DNA from: Octopus bimaculoides
Lineage: Eukaryota
Reading direction: 5' to 3'
DNA length: 53,842 bases
Assembly (NCBI RefSeq): GCF_001194135.2
Contig: NC_068982.1
Location: 15,889,154 to 15,942,995, forward strand
Of the stretch, positions 12,031 to 23,750 are shown piece by piece. Both the position numbers and the translations under genes were made by a program. The notes beneath the pieces were generated by a model, which saw nothing but the letters and a program-made list of their open reading frames with translations, made no database searches and had not been told where the DNA came from. Within the stretch, counting starts at the first letter, position 1. Each line of letters begins with the position of its first letter.

Positions 12031-13044
12031 AAGAGCAGAGAAAAAGGAAAAGGGAAAGGTCCCTGTGAAGGGGAAGGTGGAGGTGGATGGCTGTATGCCA
12101 GGCGTTGAAAAGGCTAAAGAATGATAGAGGGACAAGCACAAGTGTCTTGCTATGGAGGAGATAAAAGGCTGAAAGAGATAAAGGGAAGGTAGTGATGGAT
12201 GGGTGGGGGGGAGCTGGAGTAAACTCTCAAGGAACAAAGAACAAGAAGGTGAGCATGGGGGGGGGGATAAAGTGGAGGTTTTCATAAGAGTTTGAGGAAG
12301 GAGTAAACATGTGGAGGTAGAGGTCCGTGTAGTGAGTGATGAAGAAGAGTGGGAGTGAAGATGATGGAAGATACGAGTATGCAGAGGGATGAGGTGGGAG
12401 ATATAGGAATGGTTTAGGAAGGAGAATGAAAGTGAAAGTAGTAGCACCATGGTAAATACTTGTCAACAAATATTAAAACACGAACATCAGCTCAAGGTTA
12501 ATAAATAAAATCCATCATAAAATTGGTGAATCTCTTGCAAGGCACAAAAACCTAAAAAAAAAAAAGAGAGAAGAAAAACGGGGTTGTGATCATAAAATGG
12601 TTGGATGAAATTTTCCACAGGAAATCCATCTAAAATTTGAAATATCTAAATTATTCATAAGGAATGCAAAATTAAAGTTAAGGTAGACTCAATTTCCACC
12701 ATTTTTTTTTTTTTTTACCCAAATCAGAATAAATTATTTTGTTTATCTGAAATAATCTTTTTTTTTGTGTAGTTATACAAAGAAGCAGAGAAGCATTGAT
12801 TAAAGGATCACTTAATATAATTAAGTATCAAATTTATTTTTGCAGAAAAAAGGTTGATAGTGACTTCGAAGTTTTGCTGACTGCTTGCTACTGTTGACTT
12901 CATCAGCCAACAACTCGTGTAACTTGAAGTCATTACCAACCTAGTTCTTTATATATATATGTATATGAAGTATAAGGAAAGGAAAAAAATTGTAGGTATA
13001 GATGATCTTTAATTCATAATCCAAGTTGGTACAGATCCAGTATA

Positions 13045-13136
13045 AATTCTACAAATTGTTTCAGAGTCTAATTAATTCCAAAGACAAAAACAAAAAACTC
13101 TTCTTGAAATAAAAATTAGATTCTTCGTCAGGAATT
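13045..13136 (-). ncRNA. type I hammerhead ribozyme, intact core (repeat family G)
   Basis: Minus strand reads AATTC-CTGACGA-AGAATCTAATT...AATTAGACTCT-GAAAC-AATTT-GTA-GAATT. Stem I 5/5, stem II 10/11, near-palindromic stem III ACAA-T-TTGT, GUA cleavage triplet. Confidence 0.72.
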
Positions 13137-13491
13137 ACATTTTCATATCAATAATTATGACCAAAAAAACTATAAAAAGACCATTCATGCCCAGAAAGTT
13201 TGACAGGAGCTAACCAGCTGAAGGGCTGTCCAGGGTCCATGTTGCTTTTGGCATGGTTTCTATATATGGTAAGTTGCAAGTGCAGTTTTAGGTTTCTGCC
13301 AACCAATTCAATGATTTTACTAAGATTTGGTGTACAAGAAGTACCTGTGCAGATGAATAATTTTCCAGTGGGTTTTGCTTGCACTGCACTAGCCCCTGTC
13401 TATTGACCCAAGAAAACTTTCACCGGTGTGACATGAGAATTAACAAAACCAGGAACTTCCAAGGCCTCAGGTCTTATTTTATATATATATA

Positions 13492-13720
13492 TCATCATCA
13501 TCATTGTTTAACATCCATTTTCCATGGTGGCATGGGTTAGATGGTTTGACAGGAGCTGATCAGCTGAAGGGCTGTTTCAGGCTTCATGTCTGTTTTAGAT
13601 ACTGTGCCAAAAGAGACATGGACCCTGAACAGTCGTCCTTCAGCTGGTCAGCTCCTGTCAAAGTGTCCAGTCCATGCTAGCATGGAAAACAGATGTTAAA
13701 CAACGACGATGTTGATGATG
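13492..13720. repeat. foldback made of two inverted SINE D tails
   Basis: Left arm GTTTAACATCCATTTTCCATGG...TGACAGGAGCTGATCAGCTGAAGG pairs with right arm CCTTCAGCTGGTCAGCTCCTGTCAAA...GCATGGAAAACAGATGTTAAAC. Spacer about 12 nt. Confidence 0.85.
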
Positions 13721-13729
13721 TGTGTGTGT

Positions 13730-13901
13730 AGACTCTTTACTCTTTTACTTGTTTCAGTCATTTGACTGCGGCCATGCTGGAGCACCGCCTTTAGTTGAGC
13801 AAATCGACCCCAGGACTTATTCTTTGTAAGCCTAGTACTTATTCTTTGTAAGCCTAGTACTTATTCTATCAGTCTCTTTTTGCTGAACCGCTAAGTTACG
13901 G

Positions 13902-13905
<4 letters not shown>
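13730..13905 (-). mobile_element. SINE family B tail half with an internal 22-bp tandem duplication
   Basis: CTCTTTACTCTTTTACTTGTTTCAGTCATTTGACTGCGGCCATGCTGG; (ACTTATTCTTTGTAAGCCTAGT)x2. Confidence 0.88.
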
Positions 13906-13940
<35 letters not shown>

Positions 13941-14390
13941 NNNNNNNNNNNNNNNNNNNNNNNNNNNNNNNNNNNNNNNNNNNNNNNNNNNNNNNNNNNN
14001 NNNNNNNNNNNNNNNNNNNNNNNNNNNNNNNNNNNNNNNNNNNNNNNNNNNNNNNNNNNNNNNNNNNNNNNNNNNNNNNNNNNNNNNNNNNNNNNNNNNN
14101 NNNNNNNNNNNNNNNNNNNNNNNNNNNNNNNNNNNNNNNNNNNNNNNNNNNNNNNNNNNNNNNNNNNNNNNNNNNNNNNNNNNNNNNNNNNNNNNNNNNN
14201 NNNNNNNNNNNNNNNNNNNNNNNNNNNNNNNNNNNNNNNNNNNNNNNNNNNNNNNNNNNNNNNNNNNNNNNNNNNNNNNNNNNNNNNNNNNNNNNNNNNN
14301 NNNNNNNNNNNNNNNNNNNNNNNNNNNNNNNNNNNNNNNNNNNNNNNNNNNNNNNNNNNNNNNNNNNNNNNNNNNNNNNNNNNNNNNNNN

Positions 14391-14510
14391 AAATAAGTAT
14401 TAGGCTTACAAAAATCAAATACTGGGGCTGATTCATTTGACTAAAAATTCTTCAAGGTGGTGCTCCAGCATGGCCGCAGTCTAATGACTGAAGCAAGTAA
14501 AAGATAAATG
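14391..14510 (+). mobile_element. SINE family B tail fragment
   Basis: CTTCAAGGTGGTGCTCCAGCATGGCCGCAGTCTAATGACTGAAGCAAGTAAAAG. Confidence 0.8.
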
Positions 14511-15254
14511 ATAAAAAAAAGATAAATAATAACCTTTATTTTCCTCCTCCCCCGCTCCCACACTGGTACTAAACAAAAATAAAAAAATGTAGAACTCCCT
14601 CTTGTCCAATTAGAGGGTTTGCAGCTATGTATGATAAGCACGGGGCACATTAACCACAGCTAGTCCTTATTAAAGATGGGCTTAGAATATTAACAGCAAG
14701 GAAATGAGACATGTAGAGTTTTTACGTCTTTACTCCACTTCCTTTCTTTTAACACACCACCTCAAAAACAAACAAAAATAAGACCCCTTTAACAATGGAT
14801 TTAATGGAGAATGCTGTAGTAACCTAGTTGAATTGAAACTTGTCGTTAATTGTTACAAGTAGAATTCACTGCGTTGTCTTGCAGCAAATGACTCCCCTTG
14901 GAATATGAACACATGAGCCAAGAGTTATGTACAAGTTCACTTAATCAGTACTGAACTTCACACTTGATCACTTTCACCCTGAATGAGGGTAAACAAAGAT
15001 CTTTGTTGAAAACCCCCGTTGGCTGGCTGGAAAAGAATAATTAGTTTGCGTAAAACAGAAATATAATAAAAAATAAACAATAATGCATTATCTTGAGATA
15101 TTATAGCATCAGATGCATAGCAATAAGTACTTTTGCAGGTCTTTTGTTAGTGGAGATAAAAAAAGACTATTTCTCTTATGTTTTTCTTGTGGTGGGGAGT
15201 ATATATACACATACATATACATCTATCTATCTATCTATCTCTCTCTCTCTGTGT

Positions 15255-15289
<35 letters not shown>

Positions 15290-15660
15290 NNNNNNNNNNN
15301 NNNNNNNNNNNNNNNNNNNNNNNNNNNNNNNNNNNNNNNNNNNNNNNNNNNNNNNNNNNNNNNNNNNNNNNNNNNNNNNNNNNNNNNNNNNNNNNNNNNN
15401 NNNNNNNNNNNNNNNNNNNNNNNNNNNNNNNNNNNNNNNNNNNNNNNNNNNNNNNNNNNNNNNNNNNNNNNNNNNNNNNNNNNNNNNNNNNNNNNNNNNN
15501 NNNNNNNNNNNNNNNNNNNNNNNNNNNNNNNNNNNNNNNNNNNNNNNNNNNNNNNNNNNNNNNNNNNNNNNNNNNNNNNNNNNNNNNNNNNNNNNNNNNN
15601 NNNNNNNNNNNNNNNNNNNNNNNNNNNNNNNNNNGATATAGATGCGTGTGTGTATGTGTA

Positions 15661-15722
<62 letters not shown>

Positions 15723-16109
15723 TATGCATGTGTGTGTTTGTACATACACATCATTTATTCAAAGCTGTGACTGTGTAAATTGCTATATATGCAGAGTTAC
15801 CTTTGAACAACATTAATGTTATTCCAGTCTTCTAGTCTGTCTGGTAGTATTGAGTACATTTTTTACTTAATTGCAATTAGACCAGTGTGAAACCATTATA
15901 CAAAACACAGAAGCTGCACACACAGACAGACACAGAAGCTGCACACACAGACAGACTCATGCACACTCAATCACAGATAATGATGTAGTTTCACCAGAAG
16001 AGATAGTCAGTGATGTGAAGAACTAGTATTTAGAGTGAGGGAGGGTTCTAATTGTGCGCTGTCTTTATGGGTGTGTACTGAGATGATGTTATCTTGATAT
16101 GTGTCTGTT

Positions 16110-16475
16110 ATCTTTCCTTTCTTTCAGTCATTAGACTGCGGCCATGCTGGGGCACTGCCTCGAAGAACTTTCAGTCAAACAAATCGACACCTGTACTGAT
16201 TTTCTTTTAAAAACCTCCTACTTATTCTATCAATATCTTTTGCTGAACCACCAAGTTATGAGGATGTAAACAAACCAACACCAGTTGTCAAACGGTGGGA
16301 GGGGAAACAAACACACAAACACATGTACACATACACACACACATACACGACAAGTTTCTTTTAACTTCCATCTACGAAATCCCCCCACAAGGTTTTGGTT
16401 GGCTTGAAGCTATAGTAGAAGATACTTGTCCAAGGTGCCATGAAGTAAAACTGAACCCAGAACCGTGCGTCTAAG
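16110..16475 (-). mobile_element. SINE family B, near full length
   Basis: Colinear with 31850-32266 from the tail (TTTCAGTCATTAGACTGCGGCC) to the head (CCAAGGTGCCATGAAGTAAAACTGAACCCAG). Confidence 0.85.
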
Positions 16476-17771
16476 TAGTGTTTGTTTTTTGTCTCCCCCC
16501 CACCACCCTGTTCGACATGGTTGGAATAACTCAAATTGAATGTTTTCCAGATATTTGTCAATGGAATCCAAAACAGCTTTGTTGTATGTTGTCTTGGTTT
16601 CATCTGGATGATGCATGGTTGGAGGAGGTTAGCAAAGAATAAATTTACTTAGGTAGGTGATCCCGTTGGTGCTGTAAATATTTCGTAAAGGATATGTTCA
16701 TTCCTCGGTGTAAAATAGTTTTTTTCCACAAGTTTTTTAGAGTGCATTCAATGTATTTGACCTCCAAACACGCCACAAGCTTTGTTTCGTGTTTATTTTT
16801 TCCCCTATTCGTGGTTATTTTGCATGCTTTCAACGAACGGGACATCAAAATCATGCGTAAACGGCTCCTTTCCCCAGAAAAGGATTTGGCTGCTATTTCT
16901 AGCACGACTTGCTACCACATAACAGCTATTTCGTACAAGGCAGGACAATGATTGTTGTAGACCAGAGGTGAGGAAACCCCCGCTCGCGGCGCAATTGCGC
17001 CCACGAGCCCATTTTATTACGCCCGCAGGCTGATATACTCGTATGTAAAAGATAAAGTAAATTTTTAATTATAAAATTTACACAATACTCGTATACATAG
17101 GTCGGGTTTCCACCATGACTTAAACGGTCAGACTCGAACAGAAATCTTTCGGTAATTGCCATTTGAATGGAAATTTTGTTTACACTATAAAACACATATT
17201 GCTTGGTTTGTACCACCCCCTTGAGACCCATCTACACTTAAGCTGAGAAAACTAAAAATATATTGCACGTATCGAAATAATTTTTATGTGAGACAAAAAC
17301 TGAAGGGGTGTAGAAAATACAGCGTAAAATTTATTCATATCCCAAAACTCCAAGTATTTAAATTTTCCTCCCTATTTCATTCTTCACGTTTTTCGAAAAA
17401 AAACTTCCGAAATCGACACTCATCCGCTTTCTGTCAATCGATAAGCAAAAAATATTTTTAAAATCTATTAAAAATCAAAAACAAATTGGTAATACTTCAT
17501 CGAAACAGAAACTATTAATTTGGTGCTTTGTGAACAGGATTATAAAAAAATATTACTCACCTTTTTTTTTCTGAAAAAGCAGTGAAAAATAATGTTTTCC
17601 GAAAGGAGTGTCGCACTTCTGCTATCTGTCGGTGTCAAGAAGGTCAACAGGAGTTACTTTCATCTGCCATCGGCTTATCAGTTATCGCCCTTGCCTATCC
17701 ACTCGCTTGTCAACACCTGTGAGGACAAGGGAGAGAGAAAAGTCAACTTAGCAGAACCAAACAATATTCTT

Positions 17772-17985
17772 TTATTCTTTTACTTGTTCCAGTCATTTGG
17801 TGGGGAGGACAAACACAAACACACATATATATATATACGACGGGCTTCTTTCAGTTTCCGTCTACCAAATCCACTCACAAGGCTAGAGCAGAAGATACTT
17901 GCCCAAGGTGCCACATAGTGGGACTGAACCCGGAACCATGTGGTTAGTAAGCAAGCTATTTAACACACAGTCACTTCTGCGCCTA
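17772..17985 (-). mobile_element. SINE family B with an internal deletion, nested in the hAT element
   Basis: ACGACGGGCTTCTTTCAGTTTCCGTCTACCAAATCCACTCACAAGGC...GGGACTGAACCCGGAACCATGTGG. Confidence 0.88.
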
Positions 17986-18172
17986 TAGCCACTCCTTTGC
18001 AGATTTTTATTTTTTATTATTTTTACAACACTAAATGCATGCATTACAACTACGAGCCAGTTGGCTTTTGTTTTTCCCAGGTAGCGGTAATAACAAAAAT
18101 TCCGAAAGTGATAATTATAAATTTAACCGGTTAATAACTTTTTTAGATCAATTTTTTAATACCCTTATCAAT

Positions 18173-19278
18173 ATGGCAAGCGGTTATAAAAATCCTATAA
18201 AGAGAAGTGCTGGTGAACGTGCTTTGTTTGATGAAAAATGGACTGAGCTTTATTTATTTATTTATTTATTTTTATTGAAACAGATAACAAGTGCATTTGT
18301 CTTATTGTCAACGAACAAGTAGCCGTTCATAAAAAAAATATAATATAGAGAGGCATTTTGTGAGTAAGCATATGACCTATGGAAATTTGAAAGTATCTGA
18401 ACGTTTTGACAAGTTGGCTCCTTGAAAGAAAAATCTGACCTAAAGACAAGCTTTTTTTAAAAGACCAATTCTTGAAAGTTAATCAGTTACTCGAGTTAGT
18501 TATGCGGTATACGAAAATATTGCTAAAAAAACACTCAAACCATATAGCGATGGTGAATTGGTGAAAGAATGTATTCTTACTTAATTTGTTTGGAAATATT
18601 AGCTTATCAAGAAGAACTGTTTCTGATCGTATTAAAGATATTGCTGATGACATTCAAGATTCTTTAAAATCTGATTCAGCAGAATTCGTATCGTATTCAT
18701 TAGCTATTGATGAGACAACTGATCTGTCTAATACTTCTCAGATGGCAATATTTGTACGTAACGTGGAATAACTGCAAAATTCAACATTCGGAAGAATTTC
18801 TAGCCTTGAAATCAATGCATGGAACAACTAGAGGTGAAGATTTATTTCAAATAGTCAACTCGGCCTTAAAAGATTTTGATTTGATTTACCATATGAAAAA
18901 ATGAGTGGTCTTGCTACAGATGGCGCTCCATCTATGGTAGGTCGTGAAAGAGGGTTCGTAGCTCTGATTAAGAATGAATTTAAGAAGCGTCTTTTGGATC
19001 CCTCTCAAGATGGGCAATGTAATGAAAGTTGTAACTAAGGTCGTTAATTTGATAAAAAACATAGGGAATTAAAAGAATTTTTGAAAGATCTTGAAGCCGA
19101 ATATGGTAATTTATTGTACCATTGTGAAGTTAAGTGGTTAATTAAGGCCCAATTGCTTAAGCGATTTTATGAAGCGAAGGAAGAAGGGAAAATTTTTATG
19201 GATATTAAAGATGTTCCTATAATAAAACTGGAAGATAAAAAGTTTCAAAGTGATTTAGCATTTTTACTAGATAATTGA
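18173..19278 (+). pseudogene. hAT transposase pseudogene (GTF2IRD2/EPM2AIP1/SPIN type)
   Basis: Motifs FDEKWTELYLF, LSRRTVSDRI, YSLAIDETTDLSNTSQMAIFVR, GTTRGEDLF, LATDGAPSMVGR and LLYHCEVKWL. Many stops and frameshifts. Confidence 0.92.
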
Positions 19279-19910
19279 ATAATGGAAAAATTTGTCTTCG
19301 TACCAGACTTACTAACGAAAACCTGAGTAATGAACTAAGAATGGCAGTTTCTTCAAAGACGTGATATTTCTAAACTTTCAAATAAACAAACATAAAAAAA
19401 AATAGTTTCATCCCACTCACTAAACAAAGCCAAATTTTAAAGTTAAGGTTAATTAACTTTGATAAAATTATCACTAGGATAAATTTGTTCAAATATGTCA
19501 TTTACACATAATACTGTTTAGATATTAATGTAATTTTTCAAAATTAAATTCGGTCTGTGTTTGACTTATAATTTCTCCAACATTAAGATAGGTACATTTT
19601 GGAAAATATAGAATATCTCATAAGTAATATAAGCGTCCTAAATTCAGGGGGCGGTGTTAATGAAGATGTTACGCGTTAATCTAATGTGTTAAACTAATCT
19701 TTATTAATGTATAACGAATTGTGCATAGATATATATACAGATACAAGAGTCAGAACTTGTGATCTGCCCGCGGACATTTTCCTTTGGGAATTTTTGTCCG
19801 CCGTACTAAAAAGTCCTCCCACCCCGTCGTAGACATTACCACTGAAGTTTGAATTGTAGTCAGGTATGTGTGTTGTCTCTGTGTGTATTTTTAATATTTA
19901 TAATCCCTAA

Positions 19911-20256
19911 GGCGGCGAGCTGGGAAAATCGTTAGATTACCAGGAAAATGCTTAGCAACACTTCGTCCGACTTTACTCTTCTGAGTTCCTATTCCGTTGA
20001 GATCGGGCAAGGTTGTTTATGGAAGACCAGCAGTCACCCATGCATACCAGTATCCCTTCTCCACGACACTGATGCTGTCTAAGGGAAAGGCAAAGGCTGA
20101 TACTACTTGGCACCAGTGATGCCACAACACATTTCTACAGCTGAGTGAGCTGGAGCAACACGAAATAAAGTGTCTTGCTCAAGAACACAACACATTCCCC
20201 AGTCTGGGAATCGAATTCACTACCTCATGGTTGTAAGCCCGACGCTCTAACCACTG
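19911..20256. mobile_element. fused SINE remnants: family A head (+, 19911-20004) joined to a family C2 copy (-, 20005-20256)
   Basis: GGCGGCGAGCTGGGAAAATCGTTAG...GAGATC directly abuts GGGCAAGGTTGTTTATGGAAGACCAGCAG, the reverse complement of the 3975-4290 tail. Confidence 0.75.
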
Positions 20257-20414
20257 CTTTGCGTTACAGTAACGAAAGACTTACTTCTACGTAAACGGAG
20301 CTAGCAAAATCAGACTAGAGAAAAATAGTCCTAGATACGACTTCCGGATCCTGCAGACCCGAAAATAACAATAAAATGGAAACCTAGATACTTTCGAAAA
20401 AGACTCCCTTAGTT

Positions 20415-20447
<33 letters not shown>

Positions 20448-20629
20448 AATTTAAAGGTAGAAAGAATTTCTAATATTAGATACACACGAGTTTAAAAACA
20501 ATTAAATCCTACCAAAGTTATTCATATTTACTGAACTAAAAGGAGAACCGTTTACACATACAAAAGCGTCTAACACGATAGTATTGCAAATTCCCACATA
20601 ACTTAGAAGCACAATTAATCCTTTCTGCT

Positions 20630-20825
20630 ATAGGCACAAGAAAGTTGGGGAAGGAGGTAAGTCGATTACATTGACCCCAGTACGTAACTGGTACTTATTT
20701 TATCGACCTCGAAAGAATAAAAGGTAAAGCCAACCTCGGTGGAATTTGAACTCAGAACTTAGCGACGGGCGAAATACTGCTAAGCATTTCTCCCGGCGTG
20801 CTAACCACTCCGCCAGTTCACCATC
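20630..20825 (-). mobile_element. SINE family A
   Basis: GGCACAAG...ATCGACCTCGAAAGAATAAAAGG...GGAATTTGAACTCAGAAC...CATTTCTCCCGGCGTGCTAAC. Confidence 0.88.
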
Positions 20826-21572
20826 TTGCAGAAGCACGGTTAATAACCAAAAAAGATTAACGTTCATAACAGACTTAAGTTCCTCGTCAAAAAATAATCT
20901 CAGTTTTTATCACATTGAAGGCCTACAAAACAACTTCTAGAACTATCTTAAATTGTAACTCATTGATTCCACCCGAAATGATTTCGACATACTTAATAAA
21001 ACATCTTTAGGTAGAATATACGCTGACATGAAGCATTCTGCGTATTCGAGGGTTATCAAATGGTTCAAATATGTTTGTTCGGTTAAGAAAAGCAGAACGG
21101 GCGATTTGGTTATTCATTTGGGTAGCTTCGACAGAGCTGAAATATCTGCGCTAAACGGCGTGTTTCTGCTCATCGTAAATAGAAAGCGCTTTCAAGGGCA
21201 TTAATGTGGGAAGACGACCTTATGATTTTGAACCGTGTGGGTAGCCTGTGACCGATACTTCCTGGAAACGAATAATCACAACATTCAACAAATTTGATCT
21301 GAAAGTGACAGCTGAAGTGAATCATAAGCAAAATTGGAAATCATAAGAGCCGTTTATTATACTCAACATCACCAGATTCTACGTCAATACTCGATTTAAC
21401 TATCCAGTGAATGTTATCAAATGTCTTCAGTCAGCATCGACAAGAGAATAAGCGCATTATTGTCATTTGAAACTACCATTAACAGAGTTGCAGAGTGTTA
21501 TAGAGAGGCATTAACACGCAACCGATATCAGGGAGAGATCATGTATTTACCAACGTCAACTAGTAACCGCCC

Positions 21573-21603
<31 letters not shown>

Positions 21604-22475
21604 TTTCTGTAATATAACCAACATAAAATAGTGTTGCAAAAGTTTTCTTTCCTTAATCAGAAAATATTTCCTGATGGACGCAGATTCCACCGACTATGAA
21701 AACAATAAGAACGATATTGGTGAGCTATAGGTGTTTGAAAAACATTTCCAGTACTTTGAAGATCTAAGGTGTAAAAATACTGCTACCAAATGGATCCCGA
21801 AGTGTTCGGATATGCAATGACCGAAGTATAGAGCTATTTCTCCTAAAGAATTCCAAGAAATGGTAATGTAAACCGCACTGTTGTCTGCGCTAACAATAAC
21901 ATCAACAGACTACATTGGACTTATCAGATAGTTCTTGAAAACTCTCCTACATCAGCACAACAGTTCACTCCATCGTGAGTACACCAAGAACACCACAACA
22001 TTTTCAAAGTATATCTGGAATTCAAGAGACAAATGAAAGACCACCAGCAGCATTACATGGGAAATAGGAAATAAGACTTCGAAATGAATAAAAGTTCTGT
22101 GATTTCTATCGTTAAATATATGTACGATATGTGACATAAATTCCACGGAAACATTTACCTGCGACAAATTTCCCTGTGAAACCCGTCACCTGGAAAGTCT
22201 ACATCATTCACTAGCGCGCTAAATAAGAGAAACACAAGAATTTTGACCAGATGGCACATATTCAATAATATTCTATAGAATTTTAAGAAGATAGATAATA
22301 GTTTGCTTTGACGATCATGTGATTACTTGAAACTTACGCGATCAAAATTCACATCGTTTATGCTGTTAGTTATTTCATCTCAGTCCACTAATGTGTGCAG
22401 TCAATCGTAAGACCGACTGAAAAGTCATCCTTCTTCACCATATATATGAACTGGCACACACTCACCCATTGATGT
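20826..22475 (+). mobile_element. Penelope-like retroelement relic (RT plus GIY-YIG endonuclease plus 3' terminal repeat)
   Basis: Frameshifted peptides LGSFDRAEIS (cf. the PLE RT motif GSYDGAE, 21118), RIITTFNKFDLKVTAEVNHK, YVNTRFNYPVNVIKC, SIDKRISALLS, ILVSYRCLKNISS, YIGLS (21911), NTTTFSKYIWN and LNKR. Confidence 0.78.
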
Positions 22476-23249
22476 GTGTGTGTGTGTGTGTGTGACATCA
22501 ACAGATGTCTGATTATCTTGATATTGAGTTTGGCAAGCACGAGAATGCCATTTTAAGGTAGAATATCCCAAGGGCAATTTGATCAAGTTCATTACATTAA
22601 AAATATCAGTGATAAAATATCAGTGATAAAAGAAAAATGACGAGTTTAGAAACTGGATTGAATTTACATCTGTTGCCAGGTTAATTTTGAAAAACACACT
22701 TAGAAACACATGCATGGGTTGCGTGTATGTGCACAGATAGGCGTCACATTACTTTGTTAGCACAAATCACACAAATGCAAACACATACTTATCTATACAT
22801 GTTTCTCGCACACAAACATTTCTCCTAGACATGTATTAAACACTCACGTCTCAACACAGACACGTACACACTTCTTCAGTTGACTTGTAACGAAGAAGCC
22901 TGTGGCACGATATCAAAGATACTTCTTTTCTTGACTGTAATTTAGTTTTCACTCAATAACGAGCGCAGTTGCCCTGGACAAAGTTGTTTGTATGAAACCG
23001 TCAGTGAATAGTTTTTAATCTTATTTAAAGCGCACAAACATTCACACACGTACGAATATGCACACTTGCATACGTCTACGCATACTTCTATGCTCACCCA
23101 CATCCACACAGAGACTGGTACGTAACATATACGCAATGCTCGTGTAATCTAATAGGAAAAAATTAGCAATATGATTATAGATTTCGCATTATCAGCGGGC
23201 CTTGCGTTAAATACTTTATTACCGTATATTTTGCTGCTTTCAACTTCTA

Positions 23250-23610
23250 CGAACGACATAAATCCCACGAAAATATTTCCCTGCGACATGTCTCCCTGTG
23301 AAACTCTTCATCACTCACAATTAGCGCGTTAAGTAAGAGAAGTATAAGAATTTTGATCAGCTGGCACATATTCAATACTTTTCTAAAGAATTTTAAAGAA
23401 GATAAATGGCAGTTTGTTTTGACGACCATATGATCGCTTGAAACCTAAGCGATCAACATTTATATCATTTACGCAGTTAATAGTTATTTCCTTCCAGTCC
23501 GCTAATGTGTACAGTCAACTGTAAGACCGACTGAACAAAACCGTGGTCTAGAAAAAGTAATCCCTGTTTACCCTATATGTAAACTGACACACGCTCATCC
23601 ATTGACATGT
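23250..23610 (+). repeat. diverged direct repeat of the Penelope-like 3' end (pLTR-like)
   Basis: Colinear with about 22130-22475; shared blocks include GACATAAAT, CCTGCGACA, AAGAATTTTGA, TGGCACATATTCAATA and TAAGACCGACTGAA. Confidence 0.82.
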
Positions 23611-23750
23611 GTATTTATAATGTGTGTGTGTGTTGATCCAATTCAATTTAAATTAAATAAATTACAATGCTTAAATTAAATGGCAAATGTCGGATGCTAA
23701 TTTATATACTTACCATTCTATTTATATATTTCAATACATTAAACTTGTAA

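Larger units (their letters stand above)
16963..19826 (+). mobile_element. hAT DNA transposon (Charlie/SPIN, GTF2IRD2-like), degenerate
   Basis: Termini CAGAGGTGAGGAAACCCCCGCTCGCGG... and ...AAAAAGTCCTCCCACCCCG. 8-bp TSD TTGTAGAC (16955-16962) and TCGTAGAC (19827-19834), 7/8 identical. Transposase relic inside. Confidence 0.85.

Noticed and set aside
11408-12139. 243-aa Met/Ile-rich and 138-aa His-rich ORFs
   Set aside because: They derive from the expanded (CAT)n tail of a SINE.
12853-12912. Minus-strand CTGATGA with GTTGG/TCAAC stem I
   Set aside because: GAAA is replaced by GAAG and stem III does not pair; at best a dead relic.
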